From contig NC_042999.1 in assembly GCF_006345805.1 (NCBI RefSeq), positions 9,734,001 through 9,798,000 of the forward strand: a stretch of DNA of 64,000 nucleotides, given 5' to 3'. The position numbers were made by a program, and so were the translations under genes. Origin of the DNA: Octopus sinensis (taxonomy: Eukaryota). The notes below the pieces were generated by a model. The model was not told the origin of the DNA. It ran no database searches and saw only the letters and a program-made list of their open reading frames with translations. Position 1 is the stretch's first letter. Each line of letters begins with the position of its first letter. Of this stretch, positions 1-12,980 are shown piece after piece.

Positions 1-218
1 GGAAGGGCACCTATAAGGATCCATTTGTTAATTCCCTAATTAGAATGTATGTCTGTGTTGTTTCAAAGACAGGCAACATTGGGAACACCTTAACGACACA
101 CCTGAAGAATTATTTTCAAATTTGTTTTATTTTAATATATGTTTGTTTAATTTTGTACTTCATTATTTTTTTTTTTTTGCTTATTTTTGCTTTTTTCTAC
201 AGATACTAAAGAATTGAA

Positions 219-396
219 ATGGCAAACCCATATTCTATGATACCTCAGCCTCCACCGCCACCACCACCACTTCCCACATCTTTCCACAATGGTAACCAAG
301 TGCAATGTTCTCCCTCATTTTCCAGCATCAGTGATGGTGAAAACAACCAGGACACGTCCCCGCAATCTAAAGTTTCCTGTTTTAAAACCCATTCTT
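219..396 (+). CDS. ASB-family gene, first coding exon (Pro-rich N-terminus, 59 codons + 1 nt)
   Basis: Long poly-T tract and acceptor CAG ending at 202; in-frame TAA at 207-209 upstream of ATG 219 (context GAAATGG); donor GTAAGT at 397, phase 1, matching the exon at 3369. Confidence 0.75.
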
Positions 397-469
397 GTAA
401 GTTCACCTAATTAATTGTTAATTATATTGGTTAAATTGAGAAGGAACCAGACTAAATAAATGGTTGGGC

Positions 470-712
470 CACATCACTCTGTAAGGAGCCTAGGGTCAAT
501 TTCCCAGTTTCTCTAACGTATATACATGTTCCTCCCTGGACAGGACACTGGTCCATCACAAGGTTCCTCATTCTGACCAGATGAGTGGACTGCAGCAATG
601 TGAAATGAAGTGTCTTGTTCAAGGAGACAATGCATCACTCAGTCCTAGAATTGAAACCACAATCTTACAACCATGAGTTCAACACCCTAACCGCTAAGTT
701 GTGGGCTCCATA
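470..712 (-). mobile_element. tRNA-derived SINE, family E (degenerate)
   Basis: Shares GAAATAAAGTGTCTTGCTCAAGG-like core and reversed tRNA-like head with copies at 40391-40570 (+), 58237-58578 (-) and 63185-63500 (-). Confidence 0.6.
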
Positions 713-724
713 GGTTAAATCCAG

Positions 725-1063
725 AGCAGCCAACTGGCCTCCATGCCAGTGGCATGTAAAAGGGCACCATTCAAGCGTGATCGTTTCCAGCGTCACCTTA
801 CTGGCACCTGTGCCGGTGGCATGTGTAAAAAGATTCGAGCAAGGTCATTGCCAGTACCGCCTGACTGGCCCTGTGCTGGTGGCACGTAAAAAGCACCCAC
901 TACACTCTCGGAGTGGTTGGCATTAGGAAGGGCATCCAGCAATAGAAACTCTGCCAAATCAAGATTGAAGCCTGGTGCAGCCATCTGGTTCACCAGCCCT
1001 CAGTCAAAATCGTCCAACCCGTGCTTGCATAAAAGTGGACATTAAACGATGATGATGATGATG
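725..1063 (+). mobile_element. Family C retroposon fragment ending in (GAT)n; probably the 3' UTR of an RTE-clade LINE
   Basis: ~60-bp subrepeats GTGCCGGTGGCACGTAAAA, then GGAAGGGCATCCAG...GGACGTTAAACGATGATG. Other copies at 2295-2490 (+), 2748-2990 (-), 10555-10850 (-), 15880-16105 (+), and tails near 2030-2130 and 14070-14115. RTE assignment is from recollection. Confidence 0.7.
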
Positions 1064-2497
1064 AAATGTCTTACTATATTTCATCTCATCTCTCTTAGGT
1101 TTGGTTTCAAATTCTCCTTGAGATAGACGTAGTCTTCCCCCTTCTTGGGGCTCAATATATTACAGTATTTCACTGGAATGTAATATTCTTTTGCCAACAT
1201 CTTTCTTAGCCTGGTTCGAAAATATGACATCATTATTTTAGAAAGTTTTTTTTCACCAAATTTCTATTAGTCATCAATTTTCTAAATATTTAAATGGTTT
1301 GAATGATCCTAAATTTTAATTTTAATCATCAATCTTTTGTATCATTAACCTTGCTTTGTAAGTCATCATAATTCATTATTGTTTTACCTGTAACTTCATC
1401 ATTAGCCTCTTTTTCTTAATTACTATTGGCTTGGCTGTGTGGTTAAGAAACTTGCTTTAGAACCACATGGTTTCGGATTCTGTCCTGCTGTGTGGCACTT
1501 TGAGCAAGTGCCTTCTGCTATAGCCCCAGGCAACCAAAGCCTCGTCAGTGGATTTGGTAGACAGAAACTGAAAGTAGTCCAACATTTATATGTATATATA
1601 TCCGTGTGTGTGTGTGTGTGTGCTTCTGTCTATTAATTACTTGGTTAATCTCAGTTGATTAGTGAACCCTTCAAGTATTTGTATCAGAGGTGTGTGTGTG
1701 TGTGTGTGTGTATAAGCACAAGAATGGCTGAGTGGCTAACCACATGGTTTGGGGTTCAATCCCATTCTCTAGCACCTTGGGCAAGTGTCTTCTATAGCTT
1801 CAAGCTGACAAAGCCTTGTGAATAGATTTGGTAGACAGAAACTGAAAGAAGACCCAATGTGCATGTGTGTGCCTTTGTGTCCCCTTGTCTTGACATCATG
1901 TGATGGTTGTAAATGAGTGCCACTGTCATACAAGCAGTGTCATTCATTTCTAAAATTCTGTGAAAAACATGTCTGGCCCTGGAGGGGAAATATAATCTTG
2001 CTTGGAAACAGGTGAGGGTGACAGGAGGGTCATCCAGCTTTATAAAAGCTGCCACAACAAATTCCATCTGATCCATGCCAACATGGAAAAGCGGATGCTA
2101 GAATGATGATGATGATGATGATGATGAAATGGAGGAGGAGGATTATACCACTCAAGCAGTACTCTTTTTCAAGTCCGGCACTTATTATATTGGTTTCTTT
2201 TGCTGAACCACTAAGTTACAGGGTTGTAAACACACCAATACCAGTTATCAAGTAGTATTGAGGGACAAGCACAGACACAAAGACACACACGCCATTCTGT
2301 GCCAGTGGCACGTAAAAAGCACTCACTACACTCTCGGAGTTGTTGGTTTTAGGAAGGGCATCCAGCGGTAGAAACCTTGCCAGATCAAGATTGAAGCCTG
2401 GTGCAGCCATCTGGTTCACCAGCCCTCAGTCAAAATCGTCCAACCCATGCTAGCATGGAAAGCGGACGTTAAACGATGATGATGATGATAATTAAAT

Positions 2498-2552
<55 letters not shown>

Positions 2553-2991
2553 CCACCATCGCTTGACAACCAATGTTGGTGTGTTACATCCCCGTAACTT
2601 AGTGGTTCAGCAGATGAGGCCAATATAAGTACTAGGCTTACAAAGAATAATTCTTGGTGTCAATTTGCCTGACTAAAGGTGGTGCTCCAGCATGGCCGCA
2701 GTCAAATGACTGAAACAAATAAAAGAAATATATATATATCACAATCATCATCATCATCATCATTTAGTGTCCGCCTTCCATGCTAGCATGGGTTGGACGG
2801 TTCGACCAGGGATCTGGAAAGCCAGGAGGCTGCGTCAGGCTCCAGTCTGATCTGGCAGTGTTTCTACAGCTGGATGCCCTTCCTAACGCCAACCACTCCG
2901 TGAGTATAGTGGGTGCTTTTTATGTGCCACCTGCACAGGTGCCAGACGAGGCTGGCAAATGGCCACGATTGGATGGTGGTTTTTATGTGCC

Positions 2992-3026
<35 letters not shown>

Positions 3027-3368
3027 AATGACCCGTCCTTGTTTTCTTTGTATCGTCTATCTGGATGTTTTGTGTTCTTGTCCCATTTTGTATTTTATAT
3101 ATATATATATATATACATATGATAGGTATCATCTGGTTTCCATCTGCCAGATCCTCTTTCAAAGCTTCAGTCAGCCCAAGGCTATAGTAAAAGACACTTG
3201 CTTGAGTGTGTCATGCAGTGGGACTGAACCCCAAACCACATGGCTGGAAAGCATACTTCTTACCTCCACAGCCATGCTATTGTTGCCTCGTATGTTTTCC
3301 TTTCTGTCTGTATGATTTTACTGGTCTGACTTGATAATGGTGTACATTTTGGTATTTTTATGTTTCAG

Positions 3369-4492
3369 CTAAATGCAAGCAAAAGGAATTGCAGTTCCAC
3401 CTGGTCGGTGCCATAGAATCTGGCAATTTGGTACAAGTCCAAAAACTGGTCAATAATGGAGTAAACATTGACTGCATCATTCTGTTAGTAAAAACACCGT
3501 TAATTCATGCAATGGAACAAGGCCAAGAACATATTGCAAGTTACTTAATTTCTTCTGGTGCCAACACCAATAAAGCTGAACGGAACGCATGGTTTCGCCA
3601 TCCTCTTCACACTGCTGTCTTTAAAAACATGTATAATATTGTACTGAAGCTTCTGGTTCATGGCGCTGTTATAGAAGCCCAAGATGGTAATGGTATGACG
3701 CCTCTCACTTATTCTGCTATTTATGGTAATTCAGAAATTACTAAGTTACTCATTTCATATGGCGCCAATTTAAACCATGAAGATTTTGTCAACAGAATAG
3801 CTCTTCATTTTGCTGCAGAACGGAATTTACTTGACATCGCTGACACCCTCATCAGACTTGGATCCAATATTGACCATCAAGACAAATACGGTTGGAGTCC
3901 CTTATTTGGTGCTGTGATGTACAATCACATAGAAATGGTACAGTTGTTGTTGTCACGCCGAGCCAATGTCCAGCTTCTTGATTACGGTGGGGATGGTATC
4001 ATGCACTTAGCATGCTCACGTTTCCGGCGCGAGAAAGTCTTTGTTGTATTATCCACTTCTGAAGACTTGTACAAGAGAAAGCGAAGAATCCCTACCCTCA
4101 GTTTTCAGAATCTTTGTGTAAAATTCCGTGGTAGCAACATCGACATCATTCACTGCTTGATTGATGCTGGTGCCAATGTATGCCTGTCTAACTATGAAGG
4201 ACTAACTCCACTTGATCTCTGCAAAGAACAGAATGTTATGAAGAGTCTGGTGTCTGTTGGGAGTCCAATAGATCCCGGATGGATCCAGTCTGCCACGTTG
4301 TGTTCCGAATCGGGAGAAAACACTGAAATTATTACTTGGCTATTGGAGCAATTCCAGTTACAACAGCGCCTGATCTTTGCCTGTAAAGTGGCAATCAGGC
4401 GCTATCTTTCATTTACAGGATGCATCTCTTCCGCTATTCAAAAACTGCCGCTACCAAATGCCATGAAAGATTTCCTTCAGCAAGTTTATTAA
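3369..4492 (+). CDS. Ankyrin repeat and SOCS box protein (ASB family), main exon; joined protein 433 aa
   Basis: Acceptor TTTCAG ends at 3368; T+CT gives Ser, then KCKQKELQFHLVG in frame. About 7-8 ankyrin repeats (KTPLIHA, HPLHTAV, MTPLTYS, WSPLFGA, LTPLDLC). C-terminal SOCS box: BC-box-like LIFACKVAI and Cul5-box-like LPLP. Stop TAA at 4490-4492. Confidence 0.92.
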
Positions 4493-4598
4493 CTTATTTT
4501 AAATTTTTTACACTATTATTCTGTTTGTTTCTGAATGTAGTTTTAGAATTTTGGGTATGTACATATATATATATATATATATATGATGATGATATATG

Positions 4599-4637
<39 letters not shown>

Positions 4638-4922
4638 TATATATACATACATGTACATATATATGTGTGTGTGTAGATATATATATTTATATACACCCAT
4701 GTATATAAATAACTAGCAGGATACCTGACAAGATGGCGGTGTGGATTTCCACCTCGGCATCCGAAACTCAGAATTTTATCTTGGCTAACGAATAATTGTC
4801 ACATATTACATTTACAGATATATATATATATATACACACAAATATACATGTATATATATATATATATTATATATATATATATATATAATATATATATGTA
4901 TATGTATGTATATACACATGCA

Positions 4923-4984
<62 letters not shown>

Positions 4985-7900
4985 TGCATGTAGATAGATA
5001 GATAAATAAACAAACATGCATGTATGTATATGTATATACATGCATGTGTATATATATGAAAGTGTTAAACGCTTATGCTATGCAGATTAGTCGCCACCAG
5101 CTCTCTGGAGATGCTAGGTTTGATGTGTGTCTAAATAGATTAGGTCACTTCTTTCTCTGGAATTGGTCAAGTGATGCAGAAACCTGAAGAGACTCAAATA
5201 AGGGTCAAAAATCAATCTGCAGAGGAATCGGTGAATTTCAGAGATCTACTGTTATGTAATATTATAGTTATTAAATATAATATTATATTTATCAAATAAT
5301 AGAGATATTGTCTAAAATGCTATGATATCACACTTTTATAGAATTCCCAGCTTTAAATGTTCAATTTTTAAAATATAACATAATAGAGGAAATTAGTTAT
5401 AACGAACTTCACTTTTCAATACAGTTTCTTTGGAGATTTTCTTGTAGTTTTTCACTTTGATCTGAAGTTCCATATTGATAATACTGAACTAGAATTGCGA
5501 GGATCAAATCCAAAGAATTCATAACAACTGTAATTGGAATTCAATTTTTGAAAACAAAAAACAATGAAATTTTTCTCTCAATTCAAATTTCCTATTTATT
5601 TACTGAACGAAACTTAGAATTTCACTGTCAGTTTTTTAAAAATTTTCATTTCTCTTTAATATCTCCCCCCCTCTTTCTTCCTTTTCTTTCTCTTCTATGC
5701 TTTCTTTTCTTTTTTTCCTTTCACAGATTCTAATTTATGAAGAAAATTTTCAGTTTTTTTCCAAAATAAATTTATATGTTTTGACAGAATTAGCACAGAT
5801 TGGTTATTTCTGTTGAAAATATTTTTATTTATAAATCAATAAATAAGCATATTTTCGGCAGAAGTTTCAAGCATTATTTTAACATAGGTTTTCGCACCAA
5901 TTCTTTTGCCCCCAAAATATTTATTTATAAATAAATGCATTTTAAGAAAATTAAAATAGATTTATATATTTATATACATAAATATTTTTATCAACCAAGA
6001 ATTGTTGTAATACATCATTATAGATTGTTTTAACACGTGGTTGTTTATTAACCAAATTACATTTATTTATATATTTATAAATTTATAAACAAATCTATTT
6101 TCATAGAATCGGACAAACAGATTTTCAATTTAGCACAAATGTATCTTTTCAAAAATAGATTCATTTCTATATTTATCTATCAATCAATATTTTCTTGTTG
6201 AGGAAAGCTTTTAAACATTTTTACCATTAACCCCACCAATTAATTAATTCTGTGCTTTTAATTAACTAATTTCTTGATATCTGATCGCTAACCCCCATTA
6301 CACATTGTTACGGCATAAATATTATAATTATGAATATTTTTCTATCGTCCAAAAAAATCACATCTTTACAAAAAGTATGAATGGTGTTTTTGGTTTTCTC
6401 ATAAAAATCTCAGGTTTCAAACTTTTGTAGGAAACAATTTATTTCATTTTTTCTGAGTATTTTTTTCCATTTCTCTTTTATACATTATTTATTTATTTAT
6501 TTATTAATGACCTCAGAAATCATGTTAAATACACTAATTTCATACATAACACGACACTCCTTACCTGGGTTATGAACCCACATTTGTGCTTACCTGTGGG
6601 TGGAATGGATGAGTACAGACCCCTAGTCTATGTTTTTAATGGCAGTTGCTACACTCACACACACACACACACACTCACACACACACACAATTTCAAACAT
6701 CATGGAATTGTCTGGAAAATTGCAATGAAATCCTGATTCCTTCTCTCGTCTCAAACAGATCCTAAAGCTGTCTTTCATTGCTCATATCAGCCAAATTGAT
6801 GAGATGTCACAATCACACTGGACAAGACCCTAGTCTCCCCCTACAATTGACCTCACTGACATCCCGGTATTTGTAGTCTTGTCTTAAACTATAGTTTATC
6901 TGCTTTACTCAATTTCACAATGCAATATTTGTTGTAGAAGAACTGGAACTTGTCAGTGAACCATTTACCAAGAAATCTTTAATTCATTCTCTCTTGGAAA
7001 TTGTGGCCAAACTTCTGCTACAGAATCAATGAATTTTGCTAATTTGTTGTTGATATCTAGAAAATTGCAGATAAAGTTAACTTAGACCCTGACTGTTCTG
7101 GATTCTGTAGACATCACATCTTTGTCTTTAATAAAATGCAGTTGGTGACCAGCTGGCAGAAACGTTAGCACATCGGGTGAAATACTTAGCAGTATTTTGT
7201 CTGCCGTTACGTTCTGACTTCAAATTCTGCCGAGGTTGACTTTACCTTTCATACTTTCGGGGTTGATAAATTAAGTACCAGTTACGCACTGGGGTCGATA
7301 TAATTGACTTAATCCCTTTGTCTGTCCTTGTTTGTCCCCTCTGTGTGTAGCCCCTTGTGGTACAGATCTGGCTGTGTGATTAAGAAGATCTTTTTGTGAC
7401 CACATGGTCTTGGGTTCAGTCCCACTGTGTGTCACCTTGGGCAAGTGTCTTCTTCTATAGCCTTGGGCCAACTAATGCTTTGCAAGTGAATTTGGCTCAC
7501 AGAAACTCTGTGGAAGCATGGCAACAGTTCAATGACCAAAACTAGTAAAAGATCAAAGATAATGGTTAGAGTTGTTTTGATTAATTCCGTCCACCCTGAA
7601 TTTATTTGGGGGCCATACTGGACAGCAGTATTGGGGACAACTTGGAAATCAGTGGAATAAATTATTTTGACATTTTCCAGTTCTGTTTTCAAATCCTGCA
7701 GGACTGACTGATACAATATTCCAAGTTGACTTGATGTCTGAAGGTTCAGATCTTTGTATTTCCATCCTTGGCATGACACTTTGTCCAAATTACAAAAAAA
7801 ACTCACTTAAATTTCAATAGTTTTAAACATTTCTCTGTAAACATACACCAAGGAGAGACATAATTTACTGTGACCAGTGGTGGGAGCACTGGTGTTCTGT

Positions 7901-8569
7901 TGGATTACAGTGGGTGTTGTTTAGGAAAGAAACTCTCCAAAAGTTAATAGGGCTGATCACCCATTGATGGATACCTTATCACATATCTCTCTGTAAAAGC
8001 TTCTTGTATGTTGACACATCAAATCTCTCTTTGACACATCAGAATCATTTGCACAACCAAACTGAGTGGCATTTCTTCTGGCGCTTTATGTTCTGAGTTC
8101 AAATTCTGCCAAAGTTGACTTTGCCCTTCATCCTTTCAAGGTCAATCAAATAAAGTATCACTCAAATAAAGTATCCCTCAATAAAGTATCACTCAGATAA
8201 GTATCACTCAAGTACTGAACTCAATGTAATCAACTTGCACCTTCCCCTCAAAATTGCTGGACTTGTGCCTCAATTTGAAACAATTATTACATCATCATTT
8301 ATATTATTACTACTACTACTACTACTACTAATGCGGTGAGCTGGCAGAATCATTAGCGAACTGGTCAAAATGCTTAGTGGTAGTTTGCCCGTCGCTACGT
8401 TCTGAGTTCAAATTCTGCCCAGGCCGACTTTGCCTTTCATCCTTTCAGGGTTGATAAAATAAGTACCAGTTGTGTACTGGGGTCAATATAATCAACTCAT
8501 CCCCCTCCCCCAAAATTGCTGCCCATGTGGCAAAATTTGAAACCATTATTATTATTATTATTATTGTTA

Positions 8570-8660
<91 letters not shown>

Positions 8661-9467
8661 GTTATCATTATTATTATTATTATTTGTTGTTGTTGTTGTT
8701 TCAAACCAGATCTAATTTGGGTTATTACAAACAAGATCTGGTTAATTATTTCTTCTAAACTAAATTCTTAATTGTTGACTCAATCTCATTGATTTACTTG
8801 TTATATATATATATGATGTGTGTAGAGAGAGATAGATATATGTGTATGTGTGTGTACAGAGAGAGTGAAAAAGATGTATGTGTGTATATATGTACGTGTG
8901 TGTGTGTGTGTAGCTGTTTGACTTTATTTAGACTGCTATCAAGCACCAATAGTTAGACACCCCAGAACTGGAGAGACTGATAAAGTTTAATATTTCTCTC
9001 AAACATTTGGATGTTGACAACTGTACGGAAAACATGGACAAGGAGTGAATTCCAGGAACCGATTTTCTGGAATGGAGAAACAAAGCAGATATTGTAGTGT
9101 CTGGGATGAACTTGTGGGACGAGAAGAAGGAAGCTGAATGTGTATGGGATCTATGTGGAATGTGTCACAGAAGCAGCCAACTCTGTTTTGCAAGGGCTGT
9201 TAATGTCTGGGGGGCGAATATTGGAATGTGATAGCAAGAAATTTCATGCTAAACTGTTGGCAAAGCAGGAATGGTGGGACTCCCATTTCTTCATTACCAT
9301 AGGGCAAATATCATTAATAGGGCTAATTGATTAATTGATTAATGAGGAAAGTTTTTCACTGCAAAACTTCATTGCTTCTCAATCTTCTCTGTAGAATAAC
9401 AAACTGGCATTTATATATGTATGTGTGTATTTGTGTGTATGTATGTATATATATATATACACCTTTG

Positions 9468-9960
9468 CTGGTGACAAAGGGCCTCTCACTCAGAGTAAAA
9501 GGTTGACTGTATGATGCATGTGTACAAACAGCCATGCTACATGGCAGTGAAACATGGGCCGTGACTGTTGAGGACATGTGTAAGCTCACAAGGAATGAAG
9601 CCAGTATGATCCGATGGATGTGTAATGTCTGTGTGCAAACATGACAGAGTGTAAGTACCTTGAGAGAAAAGTTGGACCTAAGAAGCATCAGTTGTGGTGT
9701 GCAAGAGAGACATTTGTGCTGGTATGGTCATGTGGTGAGAATGGATGAGGATAGCTGTGTGAAAAAGTGCCACACCCTAGCAGTTGAGGGAACCTGTGGA
9801 AGAGGTAAACCCAGGAAGACCTGGGATGAGGTGGAGAAGCACGACCTTCGAACATTAGGTCTCACTGAGGCAATGACTAGTGACTGAGACCTTTGGAGAT
9901 ATGCTGTGGTTGAGAAGACCCAAGAAGCCAAGTGAGACCATAACCTGTGGCCTATGCCAG
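9468..9960 (+). mobile_element. RTE-clade LINE, 3' ORF fragment
   Basis: LYDACVQTAMLHGSETWAV...LCWYGHVVRMDED...GRGKPRKTWDEV, typical RTE C-terminus; internal stops. Confidence 0.85.
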
Positions 9961-10024
9961 TGGTGTATAACCAGGCCACTTATGAGTACCCCTCATTCAT
10001 TGGACAATAAACTTTGCTTGTGAA

Positions 10025-10345
10025 GACCTAGAAGGGTTAGTACCTAACTTTGGCATTGAGTGTTATACAAATGCCAGAACCGGCTGCCATTGTATTGTAC
10101 CAAAGGTACCGTCCACTCCATCTAAATTCAGGACCAGGTATTGCAATAGTCTAAGATTCAAGGGTCCACGGCGCTTCAGTGCCATGTCACAAAAATTAAG
10201 AAATTTGCATAAAGTGGAAGTAGATGTCTTGAAAAAGGAATTGGACATCTTCCTCTCCACAATGCCAGATGAACCAACAGCCCGACATGAGGTACAGACG
10301 AGGGCTGCGGAATCAAACTCAATTGTACATCAAATGTACCAACAA
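10025..10345 (+). mobile_element. CR1-clade LINE, 3' fragment
   Basis: PNFGIECYTNARTG.HCIVPKVP...LRNLHKVEVDVLKKELDIFLS.MPDEPT, homologous to the C-terminus of the 43591-44826 ORF. Confidence 0.85.
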
Positions 10346-10466
10346 CTGGGTAAAAGGCACAAACAGGAGTGGTGATGTGAAACACGCAGTCTGAGGAAGT
10401 CAGAAAGACCATGGCGCTGCTCCAGCATGACCACAGCCGCATGCCTGAAATGATTAAAAGAGTATA

Positions 10467-10497
<31 letters not shown>

Positions 10498-10868
10498 GTA
10501 AGAATTAAAACCCAAATTTTATATATTACTATATGCATATATATATATATATATCATCATCGTTTAGCGTCCGCTTTCCATGCTGGCATGGGTTGGATGG
10601 GTCAACTGGGGTCTGTGAAGCTGGAAGGCTTCGTCAGGCCCAGTCAGATCTGGCAGTGTTTCTACGGCTGGATGCCCTTCCTAACGCCAACCACTCCGCG
10701 AGTGTAGTGGGTGTTTTTTACGTGCCACCTGCACAGGTGCCAGACAGAGCTGGCAAACGGCCACGAACAGATGGTGCTTTTACGTGTCACCGGCACGGGG
10801 GCCAGGCGAGGCTGGCAACGGACGCGAACGGATGGTGCTTTTATGTGCATATATATATATAACTACAT

Positions 10869-10905
<37 letters not shown>

Positions 10906-10906
10906 C

Positions 10907-10977
<71 letters not shown>

Positions 10978-11405
10978 ATATATATAAGCTACGTGCTGTC
11001 AGTAATTACTCAGGGTAGGCAGTTGGTAAAACACACAAAAAATAAGTGAAACCCAGATGCACGACTGAGTTGAAGACAGATTTCTTTCTGCCTTTGTGGC
11101 ACGTACAGAAAACAGTGTTGTAGAAGTGTACACAGCGCATGTGCTACAGCAGTTCTATGCGTAGCTTAAATACAGAGATTGAAAGGCAGGGGTAAATTAT
11201 GCCAACCTAATCTACAAAAAAAAATTTTTATATTTTGTATTTTATGCAAAGTAATCAGAGTAACCTTCATAATTTTATTGAATTAGGTCCCTATTTTGCT
11301 ATAAAAGGAAAATGTTCCTATCAATCTATTTTATTCAAGATAGGCACTGCCTATCTTGCCTACCCAGGTCGCGCATCCCTGGTATACATATATATATATA
11401 TATTA

Positions 11406-11640
11406 GGGCGGCGAGCTGGCAGAATTCTTAGCACGTCGGGCGAAATGCTTAGCGGTATTTCGGCTGCCACTACGTTCTGAGTTCAAATTCCGCCGAGGTC
11501 GACTTTGCCTTTCATCCTTTTGGGGTCGATTAAATAAGTACCAGTTACGCACTGGGTTGATATAATCGACTTAATCCGTTTTTCTGTCCTTGTTTGTCCC
11601 CTCTGTGTTTAGCCCCTTGTGGGTAGTAAAGAAGTAGGTA
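11406..11640 (+). mobile_element. tRNA-derived SINE, family A (representative copy)
   Basis: Head GGCGGCGAGCTGGCAGAA, B-box GAGTTCAAATTC, core TTTGCCTTTCATCCTTT.GGGGTCGAT.AAATAAGTACCAG. Over 20 copies, e.g. 7150-7360, 8332-8545, 15503-15670, 18405-18570 (-), 22300-22455 (-), 23270-23480, 23870-24030 (-), 33748-33970, 49812-49950, 54890-55100, 59340-59500. Confidence 0.9.
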
Positions 11641-12744
11641 TATATATATATAAATGTGTGTGTGTGTGTGTAGATGTATACGCACACACACACACAAATG
11701 CATATCATTAACTTTATAATTTAGGTAAATTTATAAAATCTATTTCTGCAGGATATCTTTATGAAGCTCTATTTTTTAATATGCATTTTACTATGCAGAG
11801 GCCTTTCTAAAGTCAGTTCAAACACACTTGGGGTGGATTTTAAACACTCATATCTATTTTCTAAATTTACTGATATTTTGGTTTCGTGATTATAATTATA
11901 ATTTAAATTATGGAATTAATTTTAGCTAATGTTTTATCCGTTCTTGTTGTATCAATGTTGAAAAGATTAAAGACTATGATTAACTTCAACCCTATTAATT
12001 CATTATTCATTATTCAATCAGTCAAACGTATCCTCTAAAGCTTTTTGTGATGGATCCTCTTCAATTTCTTGCTTTTCTCATTCTGAAATATTCACTAAAT
12101 TACAAAAATTAATTAGGACAACATTGTTTTTTTTTTTCTTTTTAATTTTGTTAAATAAGATCTTGTAAAGAATTTATCAATTTTATTCTGATTTTTTTTT
12201 TAGTTTGTCATTGTTTACTTTTTAAAATGGTGGGTAAGATTTATGCGTAACCATGACATTATTTTTATTTGCCCCGGTTTTTGTTTGGTTTGGTTTTTTT
12301 GGTTTTTTTACGTAAGAATTAAAACCCAACTTCAATATCATTCTTCGTGAACCATGACATTTATCGGCTGTGAGAATTCTTTGAAAAATCTTGCCTGGAT
12401 TAATTTAATGTTACAGAAATTTTAAATGTTCACAAATTGAAAAAAACAAGATTTTATTTTTGGATGTTTTATTATTTCAACAATAGAAAATATTGGTTAC
12501 ATCTGATCCTTATTAAGCAAAACAAACTGGATGTTTCTCTCTTTTAGTTTCGGGGTCAGCATAAACCCTACTCGCTGGCTGAATCGTGGCTGTGTTGGAT
12601 GAATGTGCTTCACAGCAGTTCTTCCGGCTCTTTACTTTTCTGAGTTCAAATCATACCAAGGTCAGCTTTTGTTTTAATCCTTTTGGGGTCCACAAAACAA
12701 GTCCCAGTTGAGCACTGGTATTAATGGTAACAACTTGGGCCCTT

Positions 12745-12980
12745 AAAAGGCAGCGAGATGGCAGAAACGTTAGTACATCGGGCGAAATGCTTAGCTGTAT
12801 TTCATCTGCCGTTACGTTCTGAGTTCAAATTCCGCTGAGGTTGACTTTGCCTTTCATCCTTTCAGAGTCAATTAAATAAGTACCAGTTATGCACTGGGGT
12901 CAATATAATCGACTTGATCTGTTTGTCTGTCCTTGTTTGTCCCCTCTGTGTTTAGCCCCTTGGTGGGTAGTAAAGAAATA
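12745..12980 (+). mobile_element. Family A SINE with 19-bp target-site duplication
   Basis: GGTAACAACTTGGGCCCTT at 12726-12744 and 12981-12999. Confidence 0.9.

Noticed and set aside
4420-5045. Tyr/Ile-rich ORFs here and at 10711-11049, 42652-43044, 48244-48647, 57314-58500
   Set aside because: Translations of (TA)n/(TG)n microsatellites, which have no stops in some frames
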